64,000 nt of DNA from the human T2T-CHM13v2.0 reference genome, Homo sapiens, in the NCBI RefSeq assembly GCF_009914755.1, contig NC_060926.1; one strand, given 5' to 3'. The notes below the pieces were generated by a model. It was not told where the DNA came from. It saw nothing but the letters and a program-made list of their open reading frames with translations, and did no database searches. This document shows positions 40,991 to 53,710 of the stretch, piece after piece (position 1 is the stretch's first letter; the number at the start of each line of letters is the position of its first letter). The translations under genes and the position numbers were made by a program.

Positions 40991-42084
40991 AGGCCTTCCC
41001 ATCAGCAGGCCAGCCAGCACCGGGATGCGCTTTGAGGAAGGCTCAGGGTGTTCCCAGAAATAAGAAGAGGCCAAAGCATGTGAGATTTCCTTTCCTTTTT
41101 CTATTTTTTAGCCACATCTGCCTTGCAGCAGTGGCCAAGGTCCTCTATAATCTCAGGTCTAATCAAGGGCACCTTAGACAAGAAAGCCAAGAGCAGCTGC
41201 AGACCACAGCAGAGATAGATTATGCCCTACTCTGCAAATCACCCAGACAACAAGGGCACAACCGCAGTCCTCTCCAAGGAGAGCTCTGCATTTAACAAGC
41301 CATGTGAAAATCTTGATGCCCCACCCAGGCAGAAGCAACAGAAAACCTGAGGGCATTCTCAACCTGCCACTGCCCACTAGGATGGCCAGAAGGGCTGTGT
41401 TGGCTCCAGCTTTCCCAATATCATGCTTCCACTTCCTGTCAGGCATGTGACAGGCCTCCTAGGACGCCAGCCTGTGCCCAGCTGTTCACCCTTGAGGACC
41501 AGAGAAGAAAAGAAAAGGATATGTTTTTAGACATGATGTGGCCAGACAGTGTGGATGACGTGGTGCAGAATGACAGTGTTAGGCGCGCAGAGCACTGGCT
41601 GCCACATCCCAGAAAGCTTCTCTGCTTGTGCAGGGCTGGAAGGAAGGGGACGATTTGGGTAGACAGAAGACTGGAGAGCTTCTAGAGTGCCTTTCCAAAG
41701 TGCTTCCCAAGTATATGAAATATTTAAGGGCCACAGATGATGCAAGGTTTTCTGCAAACCAAAAAGCCAAAGAATGAAAGACCTTTGGCCTTCCGGAAAC
41801 TAGAGTTGACTCTGTGCAGTGTTCAAAGCTACAGATAAAGTTGGAAATGGGTACAGCTTTTACTTTCAGGTCTATTCCTCCAATGAAGAAAAACCTTCTT
41901 AACTCAACCCTAATACCTTCACAGAGCTTGATCTAGAAAGGTTCTTTATTCCTGCTATTGCTTTCTTAAAACACAGCTGATGTCTTTCAGTGCCCTCTTC
42001 TTGTCCTCCACATCTGTTTTCACTCTTCTGAGTGATTTTTCTCCAGGACCATCCCTGATTCCTACCATTCAGAACTTGATAAAG

Positions 42085-42470
42085 TGTGTTAGTCCATTCT
42101 CATACTGCTATAAAAAAAAAAAAAAACTCCCTGAGACTGGGTAATTTATGAAGAAAAGAGGTTTAAATGACTCACAGTTCCACAGGCTGCACAGGAAGCA
42201 TGGCTGGGAGGCCTCAGGAAACTTACAGTCATGGTGAAAGGGCAAAAGGAAAGCAAACACGTCTACCATAGTGGCAGGAGACAGAGAGCAAAGGGGGAAG
42301 TGCTACACGCTTTTAAACAACCAAATCTCGTGAGAACTCACTATCATGAGAGCAGCAAGGGGAAAATCTGCCTCCATGATCCAATCACCTCTCATCAGGT
42401 CCCTCCCTCAACACTAGCAATTATAATTCAACATGAGATTTGGATGGGGACACAGATCCAAACCATATTA
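42085..42470 (-). mobile_element. MSTA-type MaLR solo LTR
   Basis: CTGAGACTGGGTAATTTATGAAGAAAAGAGG..GGAGGCCTCAGGAAACTTACA..GGGGACACAGATCCAAACCATA. Confidence 0.92.
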
Positions 42471-43289
42471 ATAAGTCATAACCTTATATCCTCCCCCACA
42501 AAAAATGGCCCTGGGGCCAGTTCCCTTCACTTCAAGGATGGCCTTCCTTCTGGAGCGTTAAAACACCAGCCCTCTGTACATTCCTACCTAGACTGCACCA
42601 CCCTCAGCATGGGATGGAGCTGGAGCAAATGACCATGAATATGTAGGAAAAAAAAAAAAGCATGGAAATGTATTATTCTGTCCATTGCATTATACTAGAA
42701 ACAGAAACTTGTTGCAAAAGCACATTAAGCATGCAATCAGCTGCATTCTCATGCCCAAATAAAGCTATTTTCATTTCATAAAACAAAAGAGCAAGTCAAG
42801 TCATTAGGGAAATAGAAATGGGGAACTTAAATGCCTAATTGGAAGCTCTACTGCGCTTGCAAAGTACCTTTGGTTTGTCTAAAAATTCAAGGGAAACACA
42901 TTGAGCTTATAATTGCAGATAGATCGATGCCATGTTCCTTCCTGCATTAGCACCAAAGGAAAGTCCCTTCCTGTGGGTTCATCTCAGTCCCAGCTACACT
43001 GTGTAAACAGCAGTGACAGCCCAGAAGGAAGTGAGTGGGCTCCTGGAAGCAGGGAAAATTGAGAGGAGACCAAAAATCCCTTTCCTTTCCACTGAAGGCA
43101 AAAACCTAGGTTCACAGCACATTTCTGGCTCTTTTAGTGTAACTCTTCACCTCACAGTTAAAAAAATGGATGTGTTTGATTTATTTGTTGATCATTTCCT
43201 ATGTGTACCGTGCAATGCAAGCTAAAGTAGTTCTCGGAGCCTCAGTGACTTCATCTGTGAAGTGCAAGGGTAAAGCGTGGCAAGTGTGT

Positions 43290-43532
43290 TTAGCCCTAGG
43301 ATTCCACAGAAATGCCCTGGGAGCAGCTGCAGGGAGAAGATCATGTGGGGATGGACAGGCAAGGGAGGGCCACATGGTGAGACTTTAGTTCTCTACCCCC
43401 TGCTCCACTTCAGTGAGATGGCCCTACTTTTATCTGTTTAATATGTAGGCATTCCACATAAGATAAATGGGCAGGGAAAGGTTTCTGTTGCTTAAATACA
43501 TACATGTGTGCATACACACAAATCCACTGAGC
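43290..43532. mobile_element. Old hAT-Charlie (MER103-like) fragment
   Basis: CTTTTATCTGTTT..TTCCACATAAGAT..GGTTTCTGTTGCT..AAATCCACTG. Confidence 0.4.
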
Positions 43533-46109
43533 TAACTAATCTCTAGATCTAGTCCCCTAACCTTACGTAGCAACGAGAGAAGCCCTTATTCAACAGCTCC
43601 ATAGTTTTGTTCAAGAGCTCAGTTACTGGTAGGTTCTCTGGAGTACGTATCCCAGGAGTTCAGAGTGAAACACGTCAATCATTGTTCTTCCTGGGAACGT
43701 CAGCCTTGACCTGTCCCTGGATCCTGCACATGTGGTCGTTCTGAGGTTGGGCAGGAGCAATTCCTGCATCACCTATTTTTTTCATCGGGAACTCATCTAA
43801 ACTCAACTTTTCTCAATTTGTCTAAATCATCAACTCAACTCGTATAAGTTGGAGAAATGAGAAAATTCAGGTTTACTTGGATTTTTATTTGGGTCATAGG
43901 TCCTCTTATAGATAAAGTCTATATTCAGAAGTCTCTGTCTGAAGAGGGTTGGAGGGGCATTTTTCAACATACGACTGTCCAATGAGAGGAGCCCGAAGGA
44001 TCCACACAAACCCCAGGAGAATCTTTTTCTCAGAGCCGAAGTGAAAATTCCCAAAGATCCCCACACCTGAAGGAATGAATCTCTAATGGCTGAATACTGG
44101 GGTCTCTGAGTGCAGATAAGAGTCACATCTAAAGCCTTCATTCACAACTGGATCCCTTTCAGCAGCCAGTCCTGCAGATCACACAAGGGCTTAGCCTTGA
44201 ATTTGCTCATCCCTAGGATGGGTTCACACTGCACTCTGGGTAGCATTTTCCTCAGGCCATGGAAAGTCTGTGCACTCCCACCCCTTTATCTTCATAGAAA
44301 AGGAGATACGAAGATAAAGTTAGAAAGCATGCTCTACCCTGTTCTTCAGGAATGACACTCCAGTCTCAGGTCTGAGGTTCATGAAATGAAGAGTGATTGT
44401 GAGTAAAGCACTGACATGCACAAGTGGACATCCCTAAGTATGATTAGGTCCCTAGTTGTATTGGAAACAAAACCTCAGGCATATCATGGAGAACACGAGT
44501 CCAGTCCCACACTTCATCTGTGCAACACCACTGAGCTTGGCATTTAGGTCTCCATCCTTAAGTGCTGTCTGTTGGAGGCATTACAGGACATGAAACTCAC
44601 TTGCTCCTGCAGCTTAAATATATTTGGATTTGCAGGGGCAGCAGGGACTGGTCTGTAACTAACAAAATTCTAGCTTATCCCCAAAGACTGAAACCCCAAA
44701 TGGAGACAGCATGTCCCCGAAGAAATGGGGAGGAGAAATGTCCTCTCCCCAAAGGGAGAGGAAGAGGAGAAAATGGAAGTAGCAGAGAGTGATACATGGC
44801 TAGTCTGGTTCCCTGAACTAGTTATTACTGAGCTGTTTGCCACCTGATCCCATGTATTTTTAAAGCATGCAGTTAAGGAGCATTTATTAAAATGTTTTCA
44901 AGCTGTCCTTCTAAAGAAGAAACCCTGACAGGCCACTCAGTATACTGCAAAGGTGGGTTAAATACTATTATCCCTGCTTCAAAGATAGGGAGACAACAGT
45001 ATAATGGATTACCTTAATTTCCCAGAGACATGCCGTGAATTCATTACTGGGGTGAAAAAAAAAGAAAAAGGAGAAGAAAATTAGACTAAAGAATCCTGAA
45101 GCCTAGGCGGTCTTGCCAAAAAAGCCAACCAGTTTGAGGGAAGGAGAAACAAGCACCAAACCTCCGAGGGAGCAGCTCCAAAAACACAGTCCTTACAAAC
45201 ACAGACACCTTCAGGAGCTCCGAATTAAAATGTGCAGTGGAAACAAATTCACCACACACAAAACCGTGATGGCTCACCACTCTGCCTTGCACTGCAGATC
45301 GAGAGAGGAGGGAAAAATAATCCAGATCCTAATTTAGTTCAGGAGCTTGTTTTCTTACACTGACAAATCTTTCTAAAAATGATTTCCTGATTAGAGTCAA
45401 ACGGCTGAGGCCAAAACTCTCTGAGATTGTTGTGCTGTCAGCATGTTAATGGTGTTCCTTAGCAACTCCCTCCCCTCCACTTTTAGGAAGAAACAACACC
45501 TCTGCCAGGAATGCAAAGCTGGAGAAGCGACAGCACCTCTGATGATTCATGGCTTGGAAGGGAGGCACAGACGACTGAGGCTGACAGGAGGCTGGCACAC
45601 TGGCCAGCAGCAGCAAATGCAAAGGCAGGCGCTGGCCTGGGTGGGGAAACTGGGGAAGAGGAGAGGAGAATGAGCTGCCACCATGTCTCTGTATCTCTTA
45701 GCTACTTGCAGCTATCACCTGCAATTGAATCAGTTGAAATGTAAAAGGCACAGTAGTGATCTAGGATTAACTCAGCATTTCAGTTTGCAGGACTCTTTCC
45801 TTTACGACAGAGGGACCCCAACATTTGCTCAGAACCAATCTTCTTTTCACCACACTTAAGGATGCAAGAAATCGTCAAGAGAGATCAAGTCAGCGAAGAA
45901 TAAGAAAAAGGGTTTTCTGAACTCATGTTGTTTTCTTTATCATAAACTTGGAGCATCTCCAACTTGGAGAATTGGTTGGAAATAAATGAACATCATAATT
46001 TTATTCAGCGAATGATGTATCGATTTATTACACATTGACAGGATGCCAGGTCTTGCCCTTTGTAATTTCAGATCACTTCTTTTAGCAATGAGTACTATTG
46101 AACAACCTT

Positions 46110-46280
46110 AAAGCTGGAAGGAACATAAACTCCAATAATCTCATTGTCCAGATGAGAAAACTGAGGCCTTGGGAAGCTGACTTCGCTGAGGTCATGAGTG
46201 ATTTATTGGCAGATCTAGATCATGAATCCAAGTATTTCCATCATGGCTACTAATTCTCAGACCAGATGCTTCAAACCTGG
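46110..46280 (-). mobile_element. MIR SINE
   Basis: CAGATGAGAAAACTGAGGCC core (reverse). Confidence 0.75.
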
Positions 46281-46689
46281 GCTTAGACAGTCTCAGTTTG
46301 AGAAGGGGAGAAGCGAGATTCAATTTGCCAATATTCCCATCCTTGGAGGAAGTGATATTTATCCTAAGCCAAGACATATTGGTAAATTCTCTAATTTAGT
46401 CGGATGATGTCTCACTTTACATGATAAATGTTTCTAAAAAGTTGTATGCAAATCAAATTTTTGTAAATTGAATTACTTTTTTTAAAAGCACAAGACAGAT
46501 TGCTTTGTAAAGGAACCCTGGGCTGAAAATGAGAAATATTTCTGCAATTTAAATAATAACTACCTCTATAATTTATCTCTTCTGTAAATGTATAATTTAA
46601 TATTTCTTGGTTTTGTTTAGCATCTCTTGTTTAAAACAAGAAGGATCTATATGCATGCAGCTAGTGTCATCAAGTAGTTTAAAATACAT

Positions 46690-46860
46690 TAATAATAACT
46701 AATACTTCCTTCTGCATATCCTTAAGAACTGATAAAGAATTGGTATTCCCATTTGGCAGATGACAACAGTGAAGGCATAGAATAAAGACAGATTCAAGAC
46801 CATGGAGAAAGTCAATGATGTAGATAGGATACTCACATGGTTTTGCTTATAAATCCTGCA
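46690..46860 (-). mobile_element. MIR SINE (degenerate)
   Basis: ATTCCCATTTGGCAGATGACAACAGTGAAGGCATAG. Confidence 0.55.
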
Positions 46861-47281
46861 TTTTATCTATTGTGATATGTTACTTCCTGCTTAGGAAACT
46901 GTGGGCAGCTAGTATCTCCCAGGGAGACATTCCTCACATCACAGATGCAGGGACTCCAAGGAAATTCATGAGCCCTCTCAAAGGCCTAGGCTTTAGGAAT
47001 CCAGGAAGAGCCTCATACCCTCTGTCCAATCACTTGACTCACCTAGGAAACACGAAAGCCAAAAAAGAGTTTGCTTGATGACATATTCCCAAATCAATCC
47101 AGGACAATGTGTCTTTACTAAGTCCCCATCATGCATTCAAACGCTCCTACTGTAGGGAAGAAAATGGGAGAATCTGGAGGCTCTGCCCACAAAGACTCAT
47201 AGTCCACTTAAAGAGGCAAGGCTCACACACAAAACTGAGTCCAAGTTTACCTGGGTCTCCCTCACTCAATTGTAGATTGTT

Positions 47282-47467
47282 TTTGTTTCATATTTTTTAA
47301 AATGTTATTTCATTTTAAGTTCTGGATACATGTGCAGGACGTGCAGGTTTGTTACAAAGGTAAATGTATGCTCTGGTGGTTTGCTGCTCCTATCAACCCA
47401 TCACCTAGGTATTAACCCCCAAATGCATTAGTTATTTATCCTGATGCTCTCTGTCCCCCCTGCCCCC
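47282..47467 (-). mobile_element. Very short 5'-truncated L1PA 3' end
   Basis: L1PA 3'UTR sequence; perfect 15-bp TSD CAATTGTAGATTGTT (47267-47281, 47468-47482). Confidence 0.95.
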
Positions 47468-47684
47468 CAATTGTAGATTGTTAAAAAGGGGGATCTCCTT
47501 CATCTCTGCAAAGTTAGCATCCTGCCTTGGAAAAAATCAGCAACTGGTGAATTTTTGGTCATAGTGAATTATTGCTACTTCATTTTATCAGCCAGAGAGA
47601 TTGGGAAGGATGTTACCTGCAAACATCTGAAGAGCTTATAGAGACTAGATGAAAGAAACACACATCATTTGTATCTCCAGGATG

Positions 47685-47830
47685 AAATGATCTCATCTGC
47701 AAAATACGAATGATGATAATACCAACCTCAGAGAGTTGCTGAGGCACTTGAGTGGTAAAATAGAGCTAAAGTATTTAGCACGAGTCTGCACACAGTGAGT
47801 GCACAATCAGTAGTGCCTATGATTTGCATT
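47685..47830 (+). mobile_element. MIR SINE
   Basis: CTCATCTGCAAAAT..AATACCAACCTCAGAGAGTTGCTGAGG. Confidence 0.7.
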
Positions 47831-48088
47831 ATAAGAATCACATACTATGGTTACAGAGAAACTGGTGATAGGTCAATGTGAGAAAGAATTTTCCAAAATT
47901 ATTAAGGGCTGCCCACTACTGGAAGCTACAACATAGGCTGTGCTCCTTACCCCGGAAGCAAGATGAACATCTCTCATGAAGGTGTCGAGAAAAGTGTTGC
48001 TCTAGATAATAGTTGGCTTATTGCACTGGTTCACTCACCTGGTTGAGAATCAGAATAACATAGGCAATGTTTTAAAACTAAAAGTTCT

Positions 48089-48426
<338 letters not shown>

Positions 48427-48589
48427 CTATTTTAATGAGCATTCCTTGTGATTATTATGTAGTTGATCAAGCATGCATCTAATTACCAGTTTGAGAACCA
48501 CCCTTGTAGAGAAAGTTTATGGTTTCTTCCAAATTCTGAGGCTCTAGGAGTTCCTTCATCCATCCCTGGTCACCTTCAGAACGGTGTCA

Positions 48590-48795
48590 TGGAAAACAAT
48601 GCAAATTGCTAACACCAGACCGACTGAGCTCAAATCCCTGCTCTACTATTTCCTACTAGTATGAATTAAAACATATTGATTACCCTCCCAGAGCCTCACT
48701 TCCCTTGCCTATAAAATGGAGATTAACATGACTACCTTGTGCAAAGGTTCTTGGGGTATTCCCGCCTCATAATAGGTCCTCAATAAATATTTATA
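48590..48795 (+). mobile_element. MIR SINE
   Basis: CTCAAATCCCTGCTCTAC..AGCCTCACTTCCCTTGCCTATAAAATGGAG..CTCAATAAATA. Confidence 0.75.
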
Positions 48796-49914
48796 ACCTT
48801 AATAGAAAAGTACCTCTCATTGTGTGAGGCAAATAAGGACTTAACAAATAAAAGTATCTTTTCTCACCACCATCCCATGCTTATGCATTATGTAGAGGAA
48901 TGTGAGTTCACCTAATTCAGAGAGACAACAGGAGATAAGAAAGTAAGAAAGGAAAACTATGCCTAGGAGAAGACGCCAGAGGAGCAGGAAAATAGCTTAG
49001 AGGATTCCCGAAAGGGAAGTGGATTCCCCAAATCTAAAGTAGAACAGATAGAGAAAAAACACAATGTATTGAACTTCAGTGTAAAAGTAAAGAAGTATGA
49101 AAGTGTCATAGATCTTTCTGGATTTTGTTGTATACTCCAGTCATTAAGTCTGCATTTAGAAATATTTATATTTGCTGAAAACCAAGAGCCTTGGCACACA
49201 GGGAGAATAAAAAGGGCAAGGGACAGGGTCTAATTCATCATCAGGGGGCTGTCACCTTGACAACTAGAAGAATTGGAAAGTTACAAAGTACCAGCACAAA
49301 ACAACATCAATCACCCAACAATGGTAAATAAATTAATCAAAAATCATTGGGTACCAAAAGGTCTGGGGGAAAAATAAAAGGCAGAAGAGAAAAATGATCA
49401 AGAGCGACAAGCAAGCAAAATTGCAGAGCCTAACCCTGTTAGAGCCTAAGCCACGTACACTGGCTGATTGCCAGCCACTCTGCCTTCAAGGCCTCACTCC
49501 CAAGCAGGGTGCCAAGCATGACAGGGTGCAAAAGTAATCATGGAGGCTGTTGTCACCACATCTATGACCCCTTCTGTATTTGGACGGCAGATCCACCCAG
49601 AACCCACCGCCTACCCCTAGCAAAAGAAGAAGGTATCATCTTTGACATACAGCTCATCCTAAACATCACAATGCTCAAAACCATGCCCTGGCTCATTCCT
49701 AAGCTGTCATATTGTGTGCTTGAGTTAAACTCCCCAAATCCCCAGTTGGTCTGCTGAGAACCACTTATCACCAGCCCCAGGCCTTGGCTGAATATGTGAC
49801 TTTCCCCTCTGTGATATCAAGGACCCTTACCCACCCAGAATTATGAACACCTGGGCTTACTCTCCCCAATCTGGCCTCTACTTCCCCAATTAGTTAGCTT
49901 TTTGTTTACTTGGC

Positions 49915-49936
49915 AAAAAAAAAAAAAAAAAAAAAA
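49915..49936 (+). repeat. Poly-A run (22 nt)
   Basis: Direct read. Confidence 0.95.
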
Positions 49937-50161
49937 GTGGCTGTAGAGGGTATTAGCCAGTTTACCAACTTTCCCACTTTTTTTCCAATCAAGATGTACG
50001 CAGCTGGCCCTCTAATTTCACAAAAGACAATGATTCATGGGGCTCAGCAATGAATTAAAAGAATTTACACACCTGAATTTTCTATGGATTCACACAGGTC
50101 ATGAAATACCCCAGCAGAGTTTAACACATATGAGGGTTCAAGTCCCACCTTTATATTAATT

Positions 50162-50235
<74 letters not shown>
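50162..50235. repeat. Compound (TG)n(TA)n(GA)n microsatellite
   Basis: Direct read. Confidence 0.98.
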
Positions 50236-50238
<3 letters not shown>

Positions 50239-50289
50239 GCTAGATCACACATCCTTTAAAATTCACCTACGAGTGATAATTCACAATTT

Positions 50290-50720
50290 AATTCCATTTA
50301 ACAGATATTCACTGAGTGCCCACAGGGATAACAGAAATGAATGAAGCTGTATCTCTGCATTCTGAGAGCTCATAGACCAGTAAGAGAGACAGGCACCATC
50401 ACAGATGACATGATCCAAGCAGATGCTGACCATGGAGAACCCACAGAGAACATCAACAATGTGTTGCAGGAAAAAGGACAGAATCAACCCTCATGTGAGC
50501 TTCAGGAAAGGCTTCTGGGTTGGGGAAGGAGCACAGGAATTTGATGTGACTTGGGAGAAAGGACTTGGAAAATGAACGTAAGAGAAGGATATTTAAGGCA
50601 CAGAGATGAGTTTGAACAAAGCCTCAGAAGTGGGTAAATGCAGGACATACCCAGGGAATCATGAGAAGGCTGGCTTTGCTGCACATAGAAAGCAGGTCAC
50701 AAGGGGGGGACATTGAGGAT
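50290..50720 (-). mobile_element. L2 fragment
   Basis: CATTTAACAGATATTCACTGAGTGCC..GAGCTCATAGACCAGTAAGAGAGACAG. Confidence 0.7.
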
Positions 50721-52531
50721 AAGCACTAGGGAGAGTCCTGTAAGCACAAAAGAGTCCCTCTATCCTGAAAAATTCTGAATGCCTTGGTGCACCATATTCT
50801 CCCTTCTCTAGACATCCAGGAAGGTCAATAGGGTGAGCTTCCAGAGCACCAGGAAACCTTCCCAGCTGTCTCCTCTATCTGCTGGTGGGCTGGATTCTCC
50901 AAATATGAGGGCGGCAGCAGTAATGACCAGTGGGTCCTCAGAGCTAGTCCCAGGTGGCAATGGCCACATCTGAAGTCCAGCAGGAGAATGAACAAAAAAA
51001 ATTACTTTGGTCTCAAACAGGTTATGCACAGATAACATGTGTCCAATCAGGTGATGGGTAGGTAGGTAGCAAACAGATAATGCATATGAACAAATTTTGA
51101 AAAGTGAGGCACTGTATGAATGTAACTGGTTAACTGAATGAATCCGCCTCAACAGAGTACAAACAAAAAGCACTAAATTCTTTGTCACAGAGGCCCCTTC
51201 CAGCCCATTCTATGAAGCAATTCCTCCCTGCTCCTGAATGAGTACCCAATACGTCTCATAACATTTTTTGTGAACGCTCAGGTTAAAAGCAAATAATCTC
51301 TTTGGAGCGGGACATTGAAAAGTCCAGTTCTATGTAATATTGAAATTCTAAAATCTCCTCCAATGTACTACTGGTCAGGCCCACCACTGGACCAGTCTCA
51401 GAAGCCCAAGGGGAGAAGCCGGCAACCTCACTGTTTCCTTTTGCTCCCTCCTCCCCAGCTCTGCAGTTCTGAATGGGGGCCCTATGAGTGAGTGCAGGTG
51501 GGAGAATGGGGAAGAAGGGGGCAGGCAAGATCCTCCTGGAATGAGGAGCACTGATGCTCTCAGAATACAAGGAATGTCCAAAGCTCACCCTTTCCTTCAT
51601 GAGGGGTTGGATAGGAACCCTAACCTTGCATTCTCTTGCAAGAGCAATGCTTCCTATAGCCTGTTGCACTCCCTCATTCTCTGTCATCTTGCAATCTACC
51701 CCTCTCTTTGGGTCCCCTCATCCTCTCACCTCTCCAGCAGGTCCCCTTGGACAGCTAGACTCCATGCAGACCTCATCCTTGAAACTTCCTTTGCTCTATT
51801 AGAAACACACACCCTAGACTAGTTACACCCTGGAAGGACAGGCAATTTCCCCAGCCTCATTCTTCCCTCTTTGCTGCCTCCACCCAAGCTGACCAACGGA
51901 GTCCAGACCCTGTATCCAACAAAGGCCAGAGAATACATGTCAAGCTTCCTGGGCCTCTACCTCTCTTCCCACAGGGCCTGTGGGGGAAACAACTCACTAG
52001 ATGTTCACAACTTTCCCCAGATGGATCCTTATAGTGACCTCCTCTTTCCCTCCTTTTTTTCTTTATACACTGGAGGTGGGTGATGAGCCAATGTGGCAGA
52101 ATAGTTTGGGGTCACTTATTTTTAAGGTGCTTTGTAGATGGACTAGCATATTTCTTTAAAGTGTGAGGGTACTTGGCACATATCTTTCTTAGCCATCAGA
52201 AAAATTCTAAATATTTAACATCCCAGAACATGCCTTTAAATCACAGATTTATAGAGGTTCAAAAGCCCTTAGAGATCAAACAATGCTACCCCTTCATTTT
52301 AAATATTAGAAAACTAAGATCCTCTCCCACATTTCACCTTATACTTCTCTTATGTCCCCCATGGAGCCTACTAAAGGCTAAAAAAAGACTGAACAAGACT
52401 TGCAGGAAATGGTTCCTCCCTAGCTTTTCAGATAGTGTCTCTCTTTGTAAGACTTAAACAGTCCTCCTTCTCCCAAGATAAAGGGCCTTTGAACAGACAG
52501 GGCTACAAGGAATCTGGGAGATTCAAGCCCA

Positions 52532-53345
52532 TGTATTAATCAGGCAGGTTTGTTTTTGCTGTGGTAACAAATAAACCCTGAAAATATCAGTGGATTAAGA
52601 TAATGCAAGTGTATTTTTCGTTCATTCTGTCTTAGTCTGCTTACACTACCATAACAAAATACCATAACACAATAACAAATGGGTGGCTTAAACATCAGAA
52701 ATTTATTTTTTCACTGTTTTTGATGCTAGAAGTCCTAGATCAAGGCCCCAGCAGGGCCAGTTTCTGATGAGGTCTCTCTTCCTGGCTTACAGATGGCCAC
52801 CTTCTTGCTATGTCTTCACAGGGCCCTTACTCAGGGTGTGCGCTTGGGGGAGTGGGTGGAGAGAGACAAAAAGCTCTCCAGTGCCTGTTTTTACTAATCC
52901 TGTCAGGTAAGGGCACTAACCTTATGGCCTTATTTCACCTTAACTATCTCCACATAGACCCTGTCTCCAAAAACAGTAGTCAGTAGCTGGAGATCAGGGC
53001 TTCAACACATGAATATAGAAGACATAACTAAGTCTACAGCATACTCCAAGTTCTATGTGGGCTCATAGATCTCCTAGGCAACTTTCTTCCAAGCAGCAAT
53101 TCAGGGATCCAAGCTGCTCTTCTCTTATGGTTCCACTTTATTGTGGTCTTATGGTCTTGAGGTTATCCTTCAAGGTTGTCAAGGATTCAGAGATGGTGCT
53201 GAAAAAGAAACTTGGTAATGACCATCATGGTTCATATTACTTCTGTACACATTTCATTGGCCAGAACAGGTCACATGGTGGACCTAAATCAAGGGAGGCT
53301 GGGAAAAGCAGAGAAGCTCACAGAAGCCCCAAGGACCAAGTCTGT
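52532..53345 (-). mobile_element. Old MLT1 (I/J-like) LTR split by a nested MLT1B-like LTR
   Basis: TGTATTAATCAGG..GCTGTGGTAACAAA; resumes ..CATTGGCCAGAACAGGTCACATGG. Confidence 0.7.
52628..53041 (-). mobile_element. MLT1B-like MaLR solo LTR (nested)
   Basis: TGTCTTAGTC..GGTGGCTTAAACATCAGAAATTTATT..CTTACAGATGGCCACCTTC..GCTTCAACACATGAAT..CA. Confidence 0.85.
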
Positions 53346-53499
53346 GCCGTTTTCTAAGCACCCATTTCATTCTGTGAACAAAGGGATTTCTTCTCTTTGC
53401 TCCAGTATTGAAATCTACCCTTTCCTTGCCTAAATGCTCACTTCTCCCCACACTGTGATTTGATAAAGAAGAGGAATTTTATACTCTTAGTTATGGACA

Positions 53500-53710
53500 G
53501 CATGGCATTGAGTTTAAGAGCACAGACTCTGGAGTCAGAATGTCAGGATTTGAATCACAGTTTTCCCACTTCTTCGCTCTCATCTGTAACATAGGGAGAG
53601 TAATAGTACCTGCCTCAAAGAGTCGTTGCAAAGCTTCAATAAGAAAATATACCTAAAGGACTTAGGACTGGCTCTTGAAAATCCCTATAACAGTGTTCAC
53701 TGGTGATATC
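53500..53710 (+). mobile_element. MIR SINE
   Basis: TTTAAGAGCACAGACTCTGGAGTCAGA..CTCATCTGTAAC..AATAGTACCTGCCTCA. Confidence 0.85.
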
